Assembly: GCA_963786935.1 (NCBI GenBank)
Contig: CAWBAN010000001.1
Location: 1,345,566 to 1,409,565 of the forward strand
Length of the DNA: 64,000 nucleotides
Direction of reading: 5' to 3'
Origin: an uncultured bacterium
GTDB lineage: Bacteria > Krumholzibacteriota > Krumholzibacteriia > Krumholzibacteriales > Krumholzibacteriaceae
Shown: piece after piece, positions 31,421 to 42,216 of the stretch
Position numbering within the stretch: the first letter of the stretch is position 1
Layout of the letters: each line of letters starts with the position of its first letter
The notes under the pieces: generated by a model
The model's input: the letters and a program-made list of their open reading frames with translations, nothing else
Database searches by the model: none
Told to the model about the DNA's origin: nothing
Translations under genes and position numbers: made by a program

Positions 31421-32371
31421 TCATTCGGGCGTCCCCGAGTCGAAGCTGCCCCCCGCGACGAGGAAGAGCACCGCCATGCGCACCGCGACGCCGTTCGTCA
31501 CCTGTTCGAGAATGACCGCGCGGTCGCCGTCCGCGATCTCCTGGGCGATTTCGACTCCCCGGTTCATGGGGCCGGGATGCATGACGATGCAGTGCTCCGG
31601 AGCGGATTCGAGCACTTCCGGCGTCACGCCGAACACTTCGAAATACTCTCGCATGCTCGGAAAGAGCCGGGCCTTCTGGCGCTCGAGCTGGATTCTGAGG
31701 ATGTTGATCGCGTCCGCCTCGGCGATCGCCGTACGGAGGTCGTACTCGACCGTGACGCCCCCGTCGCCGAGCCGCTCGATCTCGGCGGGCATCATGGTCG
31801 ACGGCCCGCAGAGGGTGACCTTCACCCCGAGCTTCGTGAGCCCCCAGATGTTCGAGCGCGCCACGCGGCTGTGCATGATGTCGCCCACGAGCGTCACCTT
31901 CTTGCCGTCGAGCGGGCCGAGATGCTGGCGCATCGTCATCATGTCGAGGAGCCCCTGCGTCGGATGCTCGTGCTGTCCGTCCCCCGCGTTGACGATCGAG
32001 GCGTCGAGGAAATTCGCGAGGAACCGGTGAGCCCCCGACGAGCCGTGCCGCATGACGACCATGTCGACCTTCATCGCGCGGATGTTCTCGACGGTGTCGC
32101 GGAGCGTCTCCCCCTTCGACACGGACGAGCCCGCCTTCGAGAAGCTCACCGTGTCCGCGCTGAGGCGCTTCTCGGCGAGCTCGAAGCTGATGCGCGTCCG
32201 CGTGCTCGGCTCGTAGAAGAGGTTTGCGATCGTTTTGCCCCTGAGGGCGGGAACCTTCTTGATCGGCCGCTCGGAGATCTCCTTGAAGGTATCGGCCGTG
32301 TCGAGGATGGTCGTGATTTCCTCGGCGGTGAGCTCCTCGAGGGCGAGAAGGTGCTTTCTGGTAAACGGCAC
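31421..32371 (-). CDS. pyrB: aspartate carbamoyltransferase catalytic subunit
   Basis: STRTR, HPTQ, HPGP(M)NRG motifs. Confidence 0.95.
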   Translation of the reverse strand: MPFTRKHLLALEELTAEEITTILDTADTFKEISERPIKKVPALRGKTIANLFYEPSTRTRISFELAEKRLSADTVSFSKAGSSVSKGETLRDTVENIRAMKVDMVVMRHGSSGAHRFLANFLDASIVNAGDGQHEHPTQGLLDMMTMRQHLGPLDGKKVTLVGDIMHSRVARSNIWGLTKLGVKVTLCGPSTMMPAEIERLGDGGVTVEYDLRTAIAEADAINILRIQLERQKARLFPSMREYFEVFGVTPEVLESAPEHCIVMHPGPMNRGVEIAQEIADGDRAVILEQVTNGVAVRMAVLFLVAGGSFDSGTPE

Positions 32372-32470
32372 GGTGAGCCTCCCCTGTCGGTGACCGGCGC
32401 CCGCCGGGCGCGGGGGAAACGAGACCCCGGAAGGGGCCCCCGCTTCCCCGCTTCCCGGAAGGACGGACCG

Positions 32471-33270
<800 letters not shown>

Positions 33271-33341
33271 GCCGGAATCGTAGCGGAAGGGGGAAGCGGA
33301 GCGCAAGGTTTTTTTCGAATAATTCGCGGGGGCGCCGGCGG

Positions 33342-34186
33342 TCAGCGGATCGCGAGCAGCACGATCGCCGCGGCCGCGACGGCGAGCCCGGCGACGCCGG
33401 AGCCGCGCAGCCGCTCCTTCCAGAGCAGAAAGCCCGCGAGCGTCGAGCCCACGATGACGGTGAGATTGATGAAGGGGAACGCGATCGACGCGGGGACGGC
33501 GCGGAGCGCGAGCAGCGTGAATACGGTGCTGAAGAGATTGGGAACGCCGAGCGCGAGCCCGAGCGCGAACGTCCGCGCGTCGAGACGCGCGCGCCGCGCC
33601 GCGATGAGAATCCACGTGATGACGGCCGCCGACGTGAAGAGGATCCACGTGAACGCGAGGCGGTCGAGATCGCTCCCCGTTTCGCGGAACGCCTTGAGCG
33701 CGACGTCCCCGAGCCCGAGCACGACGAAGAGCGCCAAAACGATCGGCGCGCTCCGCGTCCCCCCCGCCGCCGGGCGCGAGGGGCCGGAAAAGCTCCGGGC
33801 GAAGATCAGAACGGCGACGAGCCCGAGCGCCAGACCGATCCACTGGAACATCCCGGGGCGCTCGCCCCAGAGCAGCAGGGCGACGGCGACCGGCAGCGCG
33901 ACCGACAGGCGCGCGATCGTGACCGGCACGGCGAGCGGCAGCCGCGCGATCGCCGCCATGAGGAGCAGGAATCCGAGGACGAAGACGATCCCCGCCGCGA
34001 TCCCGAGCGCCGCCGTTCCCCGCCCCGGTTCGGGCACGCGGCCGCCGAGCATGAAAAAGGAGATCGCCGAGGCGGACAGGTAGTTCGCCCCGGCGATCAG
34101 GATGCGGCTTCCCCCCTCCCCTCGTTCACCTTGAGGATGAGGGCGATCGCAATCGAGCAAAGCGCCGCCGGCAGCAACCAGATCAA
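33342..34186 (-). CDS. DMT/EamA-family membrane transporter; apparent frameshift at the C6 run 34111-34116
   Basis: Hydrophobic N-terminus (IWLLPAALCSIAIALILKVNEG) in one frame continues as ...ILIAGANYLSASAISFFMLGG... in the next frame at a homopolymer. Confidence 0.55.
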
Positions 34187-35889
34187 GGGGCGGCCTTCAC
34201 GAATTGCTCGGCGAAGTACTTCGCCGTGAGCGGCTCGCCGGTCGCCGACTCGACGAGCTTGTTCCACGGCATGACGTCCCCCTTCGAGTACAACGACTCC
34301 ATGAGGTACGCGCCGACCGAAGCGTTGCCGTAGATGCCGACGGGATTCTCCGTGCCGCCGAGCACCGTCGCGTCGATATGGTGCTTCAGCTGGGAGGCGA
34401 TGAGCTCCCCGAGCAGGTAGTTGTGATAGTACACCGGGCTCATGACGATATGGATCTTCGTCGCCCAGTCGGGCTCGTTCCGTCCCTCGGGGCGCTTCAC
34501 GAACTGGTAGCGCTCGACGAGATCCCACCAGAGCGTGTTGAGATCCTGATCGGGATTCTTGTACAGCGCCCGCTCGAAGTGGAACATCACCTGGCACCAA
34601 CGCGCGAAGATGAGCTGCTTCATGCGCAGCGATTCGGCCAGCACGGGCGCGACCTTCTCGAGATCCTTGTCGCCGAGACCGAGCGCCGCCTTCATCCACG
34701 CCGGATCCTGCGAGAACCGCCCGAAGTACTCGGCCGAGGCCTCCGTCACGCAGAGATGCGGGTACGTCCGCAGGAGGAACGGGAGATTCATGTCGAGGTT
34801 CTTGTCGTAGACGCCGTGCCCGAGCTCGTGGAGGATCGTCTCCATCCAGTAGCCGTTGTCCTTCATGTTCGCGAGAATCCTGATATCCTGCCCGCGGTCG
34901 ATGTCGGTGCAGAAGGCGTGCGGGTTCTTGCCCTGCTTCTCGTAGAGGTCGCTCCGCGCGAGGATGTCGTCGACGGGCATGCCGATCCCCGCGAAGAAGA
35001 CCTTCGCGATCTCGACCGGATCGGCGCCTCTGTAGTACTTGTCGAGATCGATCTCCCCCACCTGCGGCAGCTCCTGGAAATATGGATCGTGGTAATGCCA
35101 GGGGCGGAGATCGTCGATCTTGATTTTGTAGCTGTTCGCGAGATCCGCGTCGAGCTTGTTCTTCATGAGGAGGAACGGCTCGCGGGTCAGCTCGTCGAGC
35201 TCGGCGAAGAGCTTCACGAGCTCGTCCTCGTTCTGCTCGGCCAGCGTGAGCGACATCGTGTAGAAGTTGTCGAATCCGACCTTCCGCGCCGATTCGTTGC
35301 GGAGCTTCACGAGCTGGAGCAGGCTGTCGAGCACGATCGGCCCGACCCCCTTGCTCGCCTCCCACGTCGCGCGGCGCATCGCGCTGTTCTTTTCCTCGCC
35401 GAGGATGCGGTAGACGTCGTTCGTCGTCATCTCCTTCCCGCCGACGACAGGACGATAGACCGTGAAGCGGTTCTCCACGGCGGCGGCGATATCGATCATC
35501 TGCTTGAGGAGAAGCGAATCGGTCTGATTGCCGAGATACCGCAGGTAGAGGAGATCGGCCGTGCGCTGGAGCTGCGGATCCTTGAGCTTGAGCGACTCCT
35601 TCGCCCGCTTCACGAACGCGAACTCCTCGGCGTTCGTGTAGAGCTTCTCCATCCTGAGCTGCGCCTCGGAATATTTCTTGTAATCCTCTTCCTTGCCCGA
35701 AACCGCCGCCCGCCAGTAGGCGAGATTCGACTCCTTCTCGAGCGGCTCGAGCTTCGCGACGTGAGCCTGGACAAATTCCTTGAACTGCATTTCAACGCCC
35801 TTCGAGCACGAGATGAACGATGCGAGCCCCGCGATCAAAAGGAGGAGAAATGCATGCCGTGCGCCCGTTCTCATTGCTCTGCCCTCCAT
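34183..35889 (-). CDS. zinc metallopeptidase lipoprotein (HEXXH, M2/M3-like oligopeptidase)
   Basis: Signal peptide plus lipobox (LASFISCSKG); ILHELGHGVYD zinc-binding motif with a downstream Glu; ~560 aa typical of M2/M3 oligopeptidases. Confidence 0.75.
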   Translation of the reverse strand: MEGRAMRTGARHAFLLLLIAGLASFISCSKGVEMQFKEFVQAHVAKLEPLEKESNLAYWRAAVSGKEEDYKKYSEAQLRMEKLYTNAEEFAFVKRAKESLKLKDPQLQRTADLLYLRYLGNQTDSLLLKQMIDIAAAVENRFTVYRPVVGGKEMTTNDVYRILGEEKNSAMRRATWEASKGVGPIVLDSLLQLVKLRNESARKVGFDNFYTMSLTLAEQNEDELVKLFAELDELTREPFLLMKNKLDADLANSYKIKIDDLRPWHYHDPYFQELPQVGEIDLDKYYRGADPVEIAKVFFAGIGMPVDDILARSDLYEKQGKNPHAFCTDIDRGQDIRILANMKDNGYWMETILHELGHGVYDKNLDMNLPFLLRTYPHLCVTEASAEYFGRFSQDPAWMKAALGLGDKDLEKVAPVLAESLRMKQLIFARWCQVMFHFERALYKNPDQDLNTLWWDLVERYQFVKRPEGRNEPDWATKIHIVMSPVYYHNYLLGELIASQLKHHIDATVLGGTENPVGIYGNASVGAYLMESLYSKGDVMPWNKLVESATGEPLTAKYFAEQFVKAAP

Positions 35890-36090
35890 GCATGCGCCTG
35901 GAACTCCTCTGTGCCGCGTGGCGTGCGCGCCACGCGCCGCGCCGCTCCGCCCCCGCCGCGTCCCGCGGCGCGAAAAGCGAAGGGGGCGTGAGTATACATG
36001 AAAAACCCGCCGTTGGCAAGCTCGGGCGCGCGGAATCGAACCGGATCGCCGCGCCCGCCGCGCCGGGCCTCCGGGACGCCGCGGGCGATT

Positions 36091-37539
36091 CTACCCGACG
36101 CGCCCCTTTTCGAGCCGCACGATCCGGTCGGCGCTCCCGCCGAGGAAGCTCTCGTCGTGCGAGGCGGCGACGATCGCCGCCCCACGCGACGAGAGCCGTT
36201 CGAGCGCCGCGCCGAGACGGCGCCGGGCCGCGCCGTCGAGAAAGATCGTCGGCTCGTCGAGGAGGTAGAGCTCCGCGCCGATGACGAGCGCCGAGGCAAG
36301 GGCGACGAGCCTTTTTTCCCCCTGCGAGAGACGGAACGGGCTCCGATCGAGAAATTCCGCGGGATCGAGCCCCACGTCGCTCAGCGCGCGGGAGACGGCC
36401 GCCGCCGTCCCGCCGCCTCCCGCGAGCCGCCGGCGCGCGAGTCCGATCTCGTCGCGCACGGTCGGCGCGAAGAAGCCCTCCTCGGGGCTCTGAAAAAGAA
36501 AAACCGCCCTCCCCGCGGGAAAATCGCGCCTCGTGGCCACGCGCCGTCCGAAGAGCGAGACGGCGCCGCTCCGCGGAGCAAGGAGCCCCGCGCAGGCGAG
36601 GAGCAGCGTCGTCTTGCCCGATCCCGATGGCCCGCACACGCCGAGCCGCTCCCCCGGCGAAATCGAGAGCGCGGGGATCTCGAGAACGAATTCGCCGTCC
36701 CCCGGTGAAAAACGCGCCTCGCGAATCTCGACGGCGGCGCTCGGGCCGCCCGGCGTCCCGGATCGCGCCTCGACGGCTCGACCGGAAGGCGCCGGGGCCC
36801 GATCCGCTTCCGGCCGTCGGAACACGAGCGAGCGCTCGAGATCGTCGCGCGGGATCGAGCGCGCGAGATCGGCCGGAGCGCCGTCGAACCGGATACCGCC
36901 CTTCTCCATATAAATGACGCGGTCCGCGAGCCCGATCTCGCCGGCGTCGATCGTGGACCAGACGATCGCGTTCCCCTCGCGGCGGAAGGAGCCGCGGAGC
37001 GCATCGAGGAACTCGCGCCGCGCGCCGGCGTCCAGGAACGAAAACGGCTCGTCGAGAATCAGGTGCCGCGGCCGCATCGCCCAGAGGCACGCGAGCAGCG
37101 CGCGCTGCTTTTCGCCGCCCGAGAGCGTGTGCGGATTCCGTGCGAGCAGGCCGTGGAGCGAGAACGCGCGCGATGACGCGGCGAGCCGGCTCGACATCTC
37201 GTCGGGTCCGGCCCCGAGATTCTCGAGGCCGAATAGGATCTCGCGCTCGACGCTCGGCGTGACGAACTGGCTGTCGGGGTTCTGAAAGGCGATGCCGACC
37301 GCCGGAGCGGCCGCGGCGCCGCGGGGAGCGCGGGCCGGATCCGCTCCGTCGATCTCGACCGATCCCGCGCGCGGTTTCGCGAGACCCGCCATGAGCCGGC
37401 AGAGGGTCGTCTTGCCCGATCCGTTCCCCCCCGCGACGGCGATCCACTCCCCGTCGCGCGCCTCGAGATTCACCCCTTCGAGGAAATCGCGCCCGGGCGC
37501 TCCCGGGAACGCGAACGAAACGTCCCGCAGCCGGATCAC
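36091..37539 (-). CDS. ABC transporter ATP-binding protein with two fused ATPase domains (ECF/CbiO-like)
   Basis: Two Walker A motifs (GGNGSGKTT, GPSGSGKTT), two LSGGE signatures and two Walker B motifs; GTG start 37537-37539 overlaps upstream stop (alternative ATG at 37599). Confidence 0.75.
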   Translation of the reverse strand: MIRLRDVSFAFPGAPGRDFLEGVNLEARDGEWIAVAGGNGSGKTTLCRLMAGLAKPRAGSVEIDGADPARAPRGAAAAPAVGIAFQNPDSQFVTPSVEREILFGLENLGAGPDEMSSRLAASSRAFSLHGLLARNPHTLSGGEKQRALLACLWAMRPRHLILDEPFSFLDAGARREFLDALRGSFRREGNAIVWSTIDAGEIGLADRVIYMEKGGIRFDGAPADLARSIPRDDLERSLVFRRPEADRAPAPSGRAVEARSGTPGGPSAAVEIREARFSPGDGEFVLEIPALSISPGERLGVCGPSGSGKTTLLLACAGLLAPRSGAVSLFGRRVATRRDFPAGRAVFLFQSPEEGFFAPTVRDEIGLARRRLAGGGGTAAAVSRALSDVGLDPAEFLDRSPFRLSQGEKRLVALASALVIGAELYLLDEPTIFLDGAARRRLGAALERLSSRGAAIVAASHDESFLGGSADRIVRLEKGRVG

Positions 37540-38300
37540 CGCTTCGCCCCTCCCGCGCGTTCGAGCGCCTTGAGATGCGCCCGCGCCGAATCGGCCCATT
37601 CCCCTTCGGGATCGAGCGCGAGATACCGGCGAAACCGCTCCTTCGCCTCATCGGCCGCGCCGCGCTTCTCGAGCACGACGCCGAGCGAGAAGATCGACTT
37701 CCGGTGATCCGGCTCGACGGCGAGCGCGGCGAGAAAGGCCCGCTCCGCCCCCTCCAGATCGCCGGCGCCGTAGCGCGAGACGCCGAGCGCGTATCGGTAT
37801 GCCGTGTTCTCCGGGGCGACGGCGACGAGATCGCCGAGGATCGCCGCCGCCTTCCCGTGATACCCGAGCTTTTCGTATGCGATGCCGAGATTGTACGAGG
37901 CGTCGACGAGACCGGGATCGAGCTTGATCGCTTCCGAGAAACGCCCGATCGCCGCCGCGAAGTTCCCCTCCGCGGCGAGATCGAGCCCCACGTTGTACTC
38001 ACGCGCCGCGTCGAGCCTGTTCCTCACGCGCTCCGCGTCGCGCTTGCTCAGAAAGATGCGCACGCCCGATCCGGCGCGCGGCTCGACCGAAGCGTCCATG
38101 CCGTTGTCGCGCGCGATCACGGCGGCGCGATCCCCGTCGCCGTAGAAGTCGCGGGCGAGCGAGCGCCACGTATCCCCCTGAGCGACGCGATGCGTGACGA
38201 CCTGCTCGATGGGCTCCCGCTGTCCCGGCGCGGGGCGCTCCCCGGCGCACGAGATCATCGCGGTGCAGGCGAAGAGAGCGGCGATAGAGGCTGATCTCAT
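37536..38300 (-). CDS. LysM-domain and TPR-repeat lipoprotein
   Basis: Lipobox LFACTAMISC; LysM-like HRVAQGDTWRSLARDFYGD; three or more TPR repeats. Confidence 0.7.
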   Translation of the reverse strand: MRSASIAALFACTAMISCAGERPAPGQREPIEQVVTHRVAQGDTWRSLARDFYGDGDRAAVIARDNGMDASVEPRAGSGVRIFLSKRDAERVRNRLDAAREYNVGLDLAAEGNFAAAIGRFSEAIKLDPGLVDASYNLGIAYEKLGYHGKAAAILGDLVAVAPENTAYRYALGVSRYGAGDLEGAERAFLAALAVEPDHRKSIFSLGVVLEKRGAADEAKERFRRYLALDPEGEWADSARAHLKALERAGGAKR

Positions 38301-39511
38301 GGTGCGCTTTTTGCGCGTCGGCGCTTCCCGCGCGCTCCGGACGAACGGGCCGCGCGCGCCGCCCGCGGACGGCCGCGCCGCGCCGCTTCATACGCGCTCG
38401 CGAGCGGCACGCCCCGCGAGCCGGCGGCGTCCCTGCACGATTCGAATTCCGGCTTGGTTTTCGTCGTCCCGTCGCCGAGGCGGGCGCGCTTCACCAGCAT
38501 CGGGCCGTATTCCGTGTCGACCTTCTCGACCCAGCGCTCGAGCTCCGCGCGCGATTCGCCGCTCACGCGGACGCCGAGGGTCGTCGTCTCCCGGAAGATG
38601 ACGTCGAGCAGGGCATCCGCCGCTTCCTTCCCGCAGAGCGCGGTGAGAAGCACGCCCGGGCGCCCCTTCTTCATGATGACCTGCGTGAGGTAGACGTCGA
38701 GCGCGCCGGCGCCGAAGAGACGCTCCGTCACCCATCCGTAGAGCTCGGGATTCATATCGTCGATCGTCGTGCGGAGCACGGTGATCTCGCTCCCGCGCTC
38801 AGGCGTTTCCGCTTCGATGAGGCGCAGCATGCCGGGCGCCGGCCCCGTCTCGCGCGTGCCCGCCGCGTACACGACGCACCGGGGAACGAGCGGCGCGAGC
38901 GCGGGGAGCTCATCGGCGAGCGCTTTCATGAGCGCGGCGCCGGTCGGCGTCACGACTTCCCCCTCGCCGTCGAGGATCACGGTCCTTCCGCGGAGGATCT
39001 CGATCGTGGCCGGCGCGGGGACCGGATGCCTCCCGTGCGAGAACTCGACGAAACCGCTCCCGAGCCGCAGGGGCCGGTGATGGAGCGAAGGAAATCCCAG
39101 CATCTCGAGCGCGGCCGCGGCGCCGACGATATCGACGATCGAATCGACCGCCCCCACCTCGTGGAAATGAACGTGATCGGCCGCCACGCCGTGAACCTTC
39201 CCCTCCGCCGCTCCGATGATCCGGAACGTTTTCGCCGAGAGATCCTTCACGTGCGCGCCGAGACGCGATTTCTCGATCATGTCGAGGATGGAAGCGAGGT
39301 CCCGCTCGCGGGCCCGCCCCGGCGAGCGCACCGTCGCGCGCGTCGCGGCGATGCCCCCGCGATTCACGCGCTCGATCCTGATCGTGAAGGGCTCGAGCCC
39401 GCGGAGCTTCCGCACCTCGAGCGCGACCCGTTTCGGGTCGGCGCCGAGGGCGAAGAGTCCCGCGAGGAACATGTCGCCGCTCAAACCTCCCGCGGCGTCG
39501 ACGACGATCAT
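38297..39511 (-). CDS. larC: nickel-pincer cofactor biosynthesis protein LarC (nickel insertion, DUF111 family)
   Basis: MIVVDAAGGLSGDMFLAGLFALGAD N-terminus and overall LarC architecture. Confidence 0.8.
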   Translation of the reverse strand: MIVVDAAGGLSGDMFLAGLFALGADPKRVALEVRKLRGLEPFTIRIERVNRGGIAATRATVRSPGRARERDLASILDMIEKSRLGAHVKDLSAKTFRIIGAAEGKVHGVAADHVHFHEVGAVDSIVDIVGAAAALEMLGFPSLHHRPLRLGSGFVEFSHGRHPVPAPATIEILRGRTVILDGEGEVVTPTGAALMKALADELPALAPLVPRCVVYAAGTRETGPAPGMLRLIEAETPERGSEITVLRTTIDDMNPELYGWVTERLFGAGALDVYLTQVIMKKGRPGVLLTALCGKEAADALLDVIFRETTTLGVRVSGESRAELERWVEKVDTEYGPMLVKRARLGDGTTKTKPEFESCRDAAGSRGVPLASAYEAARRGRPRAARAARSSGARGKRRRAKSAP

Positions 39512-39558
39512 CCGCGACGAGCGCTTCGTTCCGGACCGAAATGCCACGTTGCCCTCCT

Positions 39559-40320
39559 TCACGGGCATCCCCGCCGCGCGCGCCTGACGATCGTCGCGGC
39601 GGCGTAGCCCGCTCCGAAGCCGTTGTCGATATTGACCACCGTCACGCCCCCCGCGCAGCTGTTGAGCATCGTCAGCAGCGCCGAGAGGCCGCCGAAGCTC
39701 GCCCCGTAGCCGACGCTCGTCGGAACGGCGATGAGCGGCGCGTCGGCGATCCCCGCCACGACGCTCGCGAGGGCTCCTTCCATGCCGGCGACGACGATGA
39801 TGCAGTCCGCGCCGCGGAACCGATCCCACGACGAGAGGAGCCGGTGGATGCCCGCGACGCCGACGTCGTAGAGCCGGTCGACCCCGCACCCCAGATAGTG
39901 CGCGGTAAGCGCCGCTTCCTCGGCGACCGGCCGGTCCGAGGTGCCCCCCGAGACGACGGCGACGAGACCGGAGCGCTTCGTCTTCGCGCGCTCGATCGCG
40001 AACAGGTTTCCCTCGGGATGGTAGGTCGCGCCCCGGAGCGACCGCGATACCTTCCTGAACAGCGACGGATCGCAGCGCGTCGCGAGCAGGTTCGCCCCCC
40101 GGGACGTCACGTTCTTCGCGATCTTCGCGATCTCGGCGGCGGTCTTTCCCTCGCAGAAGATCACCTCGGGAAATCCCCGCCGGATCGCGCGGTGGTGGTC
40201 CACCTTGGCGAATCCGAGATCCTCGAAGGGAAGCACCTTGAGGCGTTCGATCGCCCCGGCGACTTCGACCTTCCCCGCCGCCACCTGTTCAAGAAGCCGT
40301 TTGAGCCGCGCCTCGTCCAT
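39559..40320 (-). CDS. larB: nickel-pincer cofactor biosynthesis protein LarB (PurE-like carboxylase/hydrolase)
   Basis: PurE-like fold (LVAVVSGGTSD...IIVVAGMEGALASVVAG...PLIAVPTSVGYG). Confidence 0.8.
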   Translation of the reverse strand: MDEARLKRLLEQVAAGKVEVAGAIERLKVLPFEDLGFAKVDHHRAIRRGFPEVIFCEGKTAAEIAKIAKNVTSRGANLLATRCDPSLFRKVSRSLRGATYHPEGNLFAIERAKTKRSGLVAVVSGGTSDRPVAEEAALTAHYLGCGVDRLYDVGVAGIHRLLSSWDRFRGADCIIVVAGMEGALASVVAGIADAPLIAVPTSVGYGASFGGLSALLTMLNSCAGGVTVVNIDNGFGAGYAAATIVRRARRGCP

Positions 40321-41293
40321 GGTTCACGTTCTCCTCTCTGATGCGCTTGATGATTTCGAGAATCCCGGCACGCGTCTCCGCGCTCGTGAGCTCCGCGCGG
40401 TATTTCTTGATGCCCTCGAACGATCTCAGATACCAGCGGTAGAATTTTCTCAATTCCCGGATGCCCGCCCCCTCTTCGAAGCAGGTCGTCTGGAGCTTCA
40501 CGTGCCGCTCGAGCGCGTCGAGCCGCTCGGCGTTCGTGGCGCCCCGCGGATCCTTTCCCTCCGCGATCGCGCGGACGTCGCGGAAGATGAACGGATTGCC
40601 GATCGCCCCCCGCCCGATCATGACGATCGAGCATCCGGTGACGCGCACGATCTCACGATAATCCGCCGCCGACTTGACGTCCCCGTTCGCGATGACGGGG
40701 ACGGAGAGCGCCTCCCTGAGCCGCGCGATGTCGTCCCAGTGCGCCTGACCGGTGAATCCCTGGCTCCGCGGCCGCGGATGCAGCGTGATCGCCGCGATGC
40801 CGCACCCCTCGAGGACGGCGCCCGCCTCGAGGTAGTTCCGCTCCCCGGCGCTCCAGCCGCTCCGTATCTTCGCCGTGACCGGAACGCCGGCTTCCGCGAC
40901 GACCGCGCGGGTGATCCGCTCCATGAGCGCGAGATCGCGCATGATCGCCGCGCCCCCGTTCTTCGTCACGACCTTCTTGACCGGGCAGCCGAAATTGAGG
41001 TCCACGAACGAGGCGCCGGAGGCCCCTGCCGCGGCCGCCGCGCGCGCGAGCGTCTCCGGATTCGAGCCGAAGAGCTGCACGCCGAGCGGCGCTTCCCCCT
41101 CGAGACGGTCGAGGAGCGCCGCGCTCTTCTTCATGCCGCGCGCGAGGCCGTCGGCGCTCACGAGCCCGGTGAAGGCGAAATCCGCGCCGAGCTCCGCGCA
41201 GACGAGGCGGAACGGCGCGTCGGAATATCCCGCCATCGGCGCGAGGCAGGCGCGAAGCCCGCCGAACAAGCTCTTTGAAGTGCCGACCAGCAT
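40289..41293 (-). CDS. dus: tRNA-dihydrouridine synthase
   Basis: LAPMAGYSDAPFR, DLNFGCP, TLHPR flavin-dependent Dus motifs. Confidence 0.85.
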   Translation of the reverse strand: MLVGTSKSLFGGLRACLAPMAGYSDAPFRLVCAELGADFAFTGLVSADGLARGMKKSAALLDRLEGEAPLGVQLFGSNPETLARAAAAAGASGASFVDLNFGCPVKKVVTKNGGAAIMRDLALMERITRAVVAEAGVPVTAKIRSGWSAGERNYLEAGAVLEGCGIAAITLHPRPRSQGFTGQAHWDDIARLREALSVPVIANGDVKSAADYREIVRVTGCSIVMIGRGAIGNPFIFRDVRAIAEGKDPRGATNAERLDALERHVKLQTTCFEEGAGIRELRKFYRWYLRSFEGIKKYRAELTSAETRAGILEIIKRIREENVNHGRGAAQTAS

Positions 41294-41312
41294 GCGGCTC
41301 CCCGCGCTCCCG

Positions 41313-42140
41313 TCAGATGCTGTGCGGGAGGATGAACAGGGCGAGGCTCACGAGGAAGCACGCGATGACGGCGATCGCGAACGAGCGTCGACCGAGACGA
41401 TCCTTCTCCTCCCCCTTGCCGATGAAGCTCCCCCACGCGAGGAGCAGGCTCACGAGCCAGAGCACGAAGATCACCTGCGTCTTGTTGTCGGTGACGTCGT
41501 ACCCGAAGGGGAAGCCCTCCCACAGCGTGCCGAACGTCTGATAGTTGAGGATGAAGCCGAGCGGCCAACCGCCGATGAAGGAGGCCGCGAGCGCCCACCG
41601 CGCCGCCCGCACCGCGTTTTTCTTGTCCTCGCGCCCCCGGAGGATATCGATCGCGAAGAGCGCGCTCATGACCATGAAGAAGAACGCCGCGAACATGAAG
41701 ACCACATGCGCGACGATCACGACCGTCGACGCCGTTCCCTTGTATTTGAGAATGCCGAATTTTCCGTTGTCCGCCGGCACGCGCACCTTCGTCTGCTCGA
41801 CGTTCGTCACGGCGATCCAGTAGGTGAACGTCGTCCCCTTCTCCATCGGAGGAAGACACGCCTCATGAACCCCCGGCCGAATCTCGAACATGCCGCGGCC
41901 CCGGATCTCCGTCGACGGGGGCTGCATCCAGCGCACGACGAGCGCGGCTTTCTGCGCGGGCTCGACCCGCGCCTTCAGGCACGGCTGGCCCGGGCCGACC
42001 TGCTCGGTGACCGTCCGGTGATAGACCTTCAATCCCGGCGCCTCGGACACGAGATCCTCCGGCCTCCCCGACGCGAGCCGGCGCGCGGCCGCGAGGACTA
42101 TGAGCGTCAGGACGACGCTGATGATGATTCTTCTTGCCAC
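41313..42140 (-). CDS. hypothetical membrane protein (N-terminal anchor, ~130-aa periplasmic domain, C-terminal 4-TM region)
   Basis: Clear TM segments and a strong ORF; no recognisable family. Confidence 0.55.
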   Translation of the reverse strand: MARRIIISVVLTLIVLAAARRLASGRPEDLVSEAPGLKVYHRTVTEQVGPGQPCLKARVEPAQKAALVVRWMQPPSTEIRGRGMFEIRPGVHEACLPPMEKGTTFTYWIAVTNVEQTKVRVPADNGKFGILKYKGTASTVVIVAHVVFMFAAFFFMVMSALFAIDILRGREDKKNAVRAARWALAASFIGGWPLGFILNYQTFGTLWEGFPFGYDVTDNKTQVIFVLWLVSLLLAWGSFIGKGEEKDRLGRRSFAIAVIACFLVSLALFILPHSI

Positions 42141-42216
42141 GGTTCACCCCCGCTTCTATACAATACGGAGACAATCATAACGGACGAAAACGCGTATTGC
42201 AAGGACGGCCTTCGCG

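Noticed and set aside
32372-32470. Second PyrR attenuator between pyrR and pyrB
   Set aside because: Region is GC-rich with hairpins (CCCCUUCCGGGG) but lacks the UCCNGAGAGG binding-loop core and a U-tract; not convincing without a model search.
36021-36033. tRNA gene suggested by GGTTCGATTCC T-loop motif
   Set aside because: Acceptor stem pairs only 6/7, and no D-arm (no GG loop) or anticodon stem-loop can be folded; at most a remnant.
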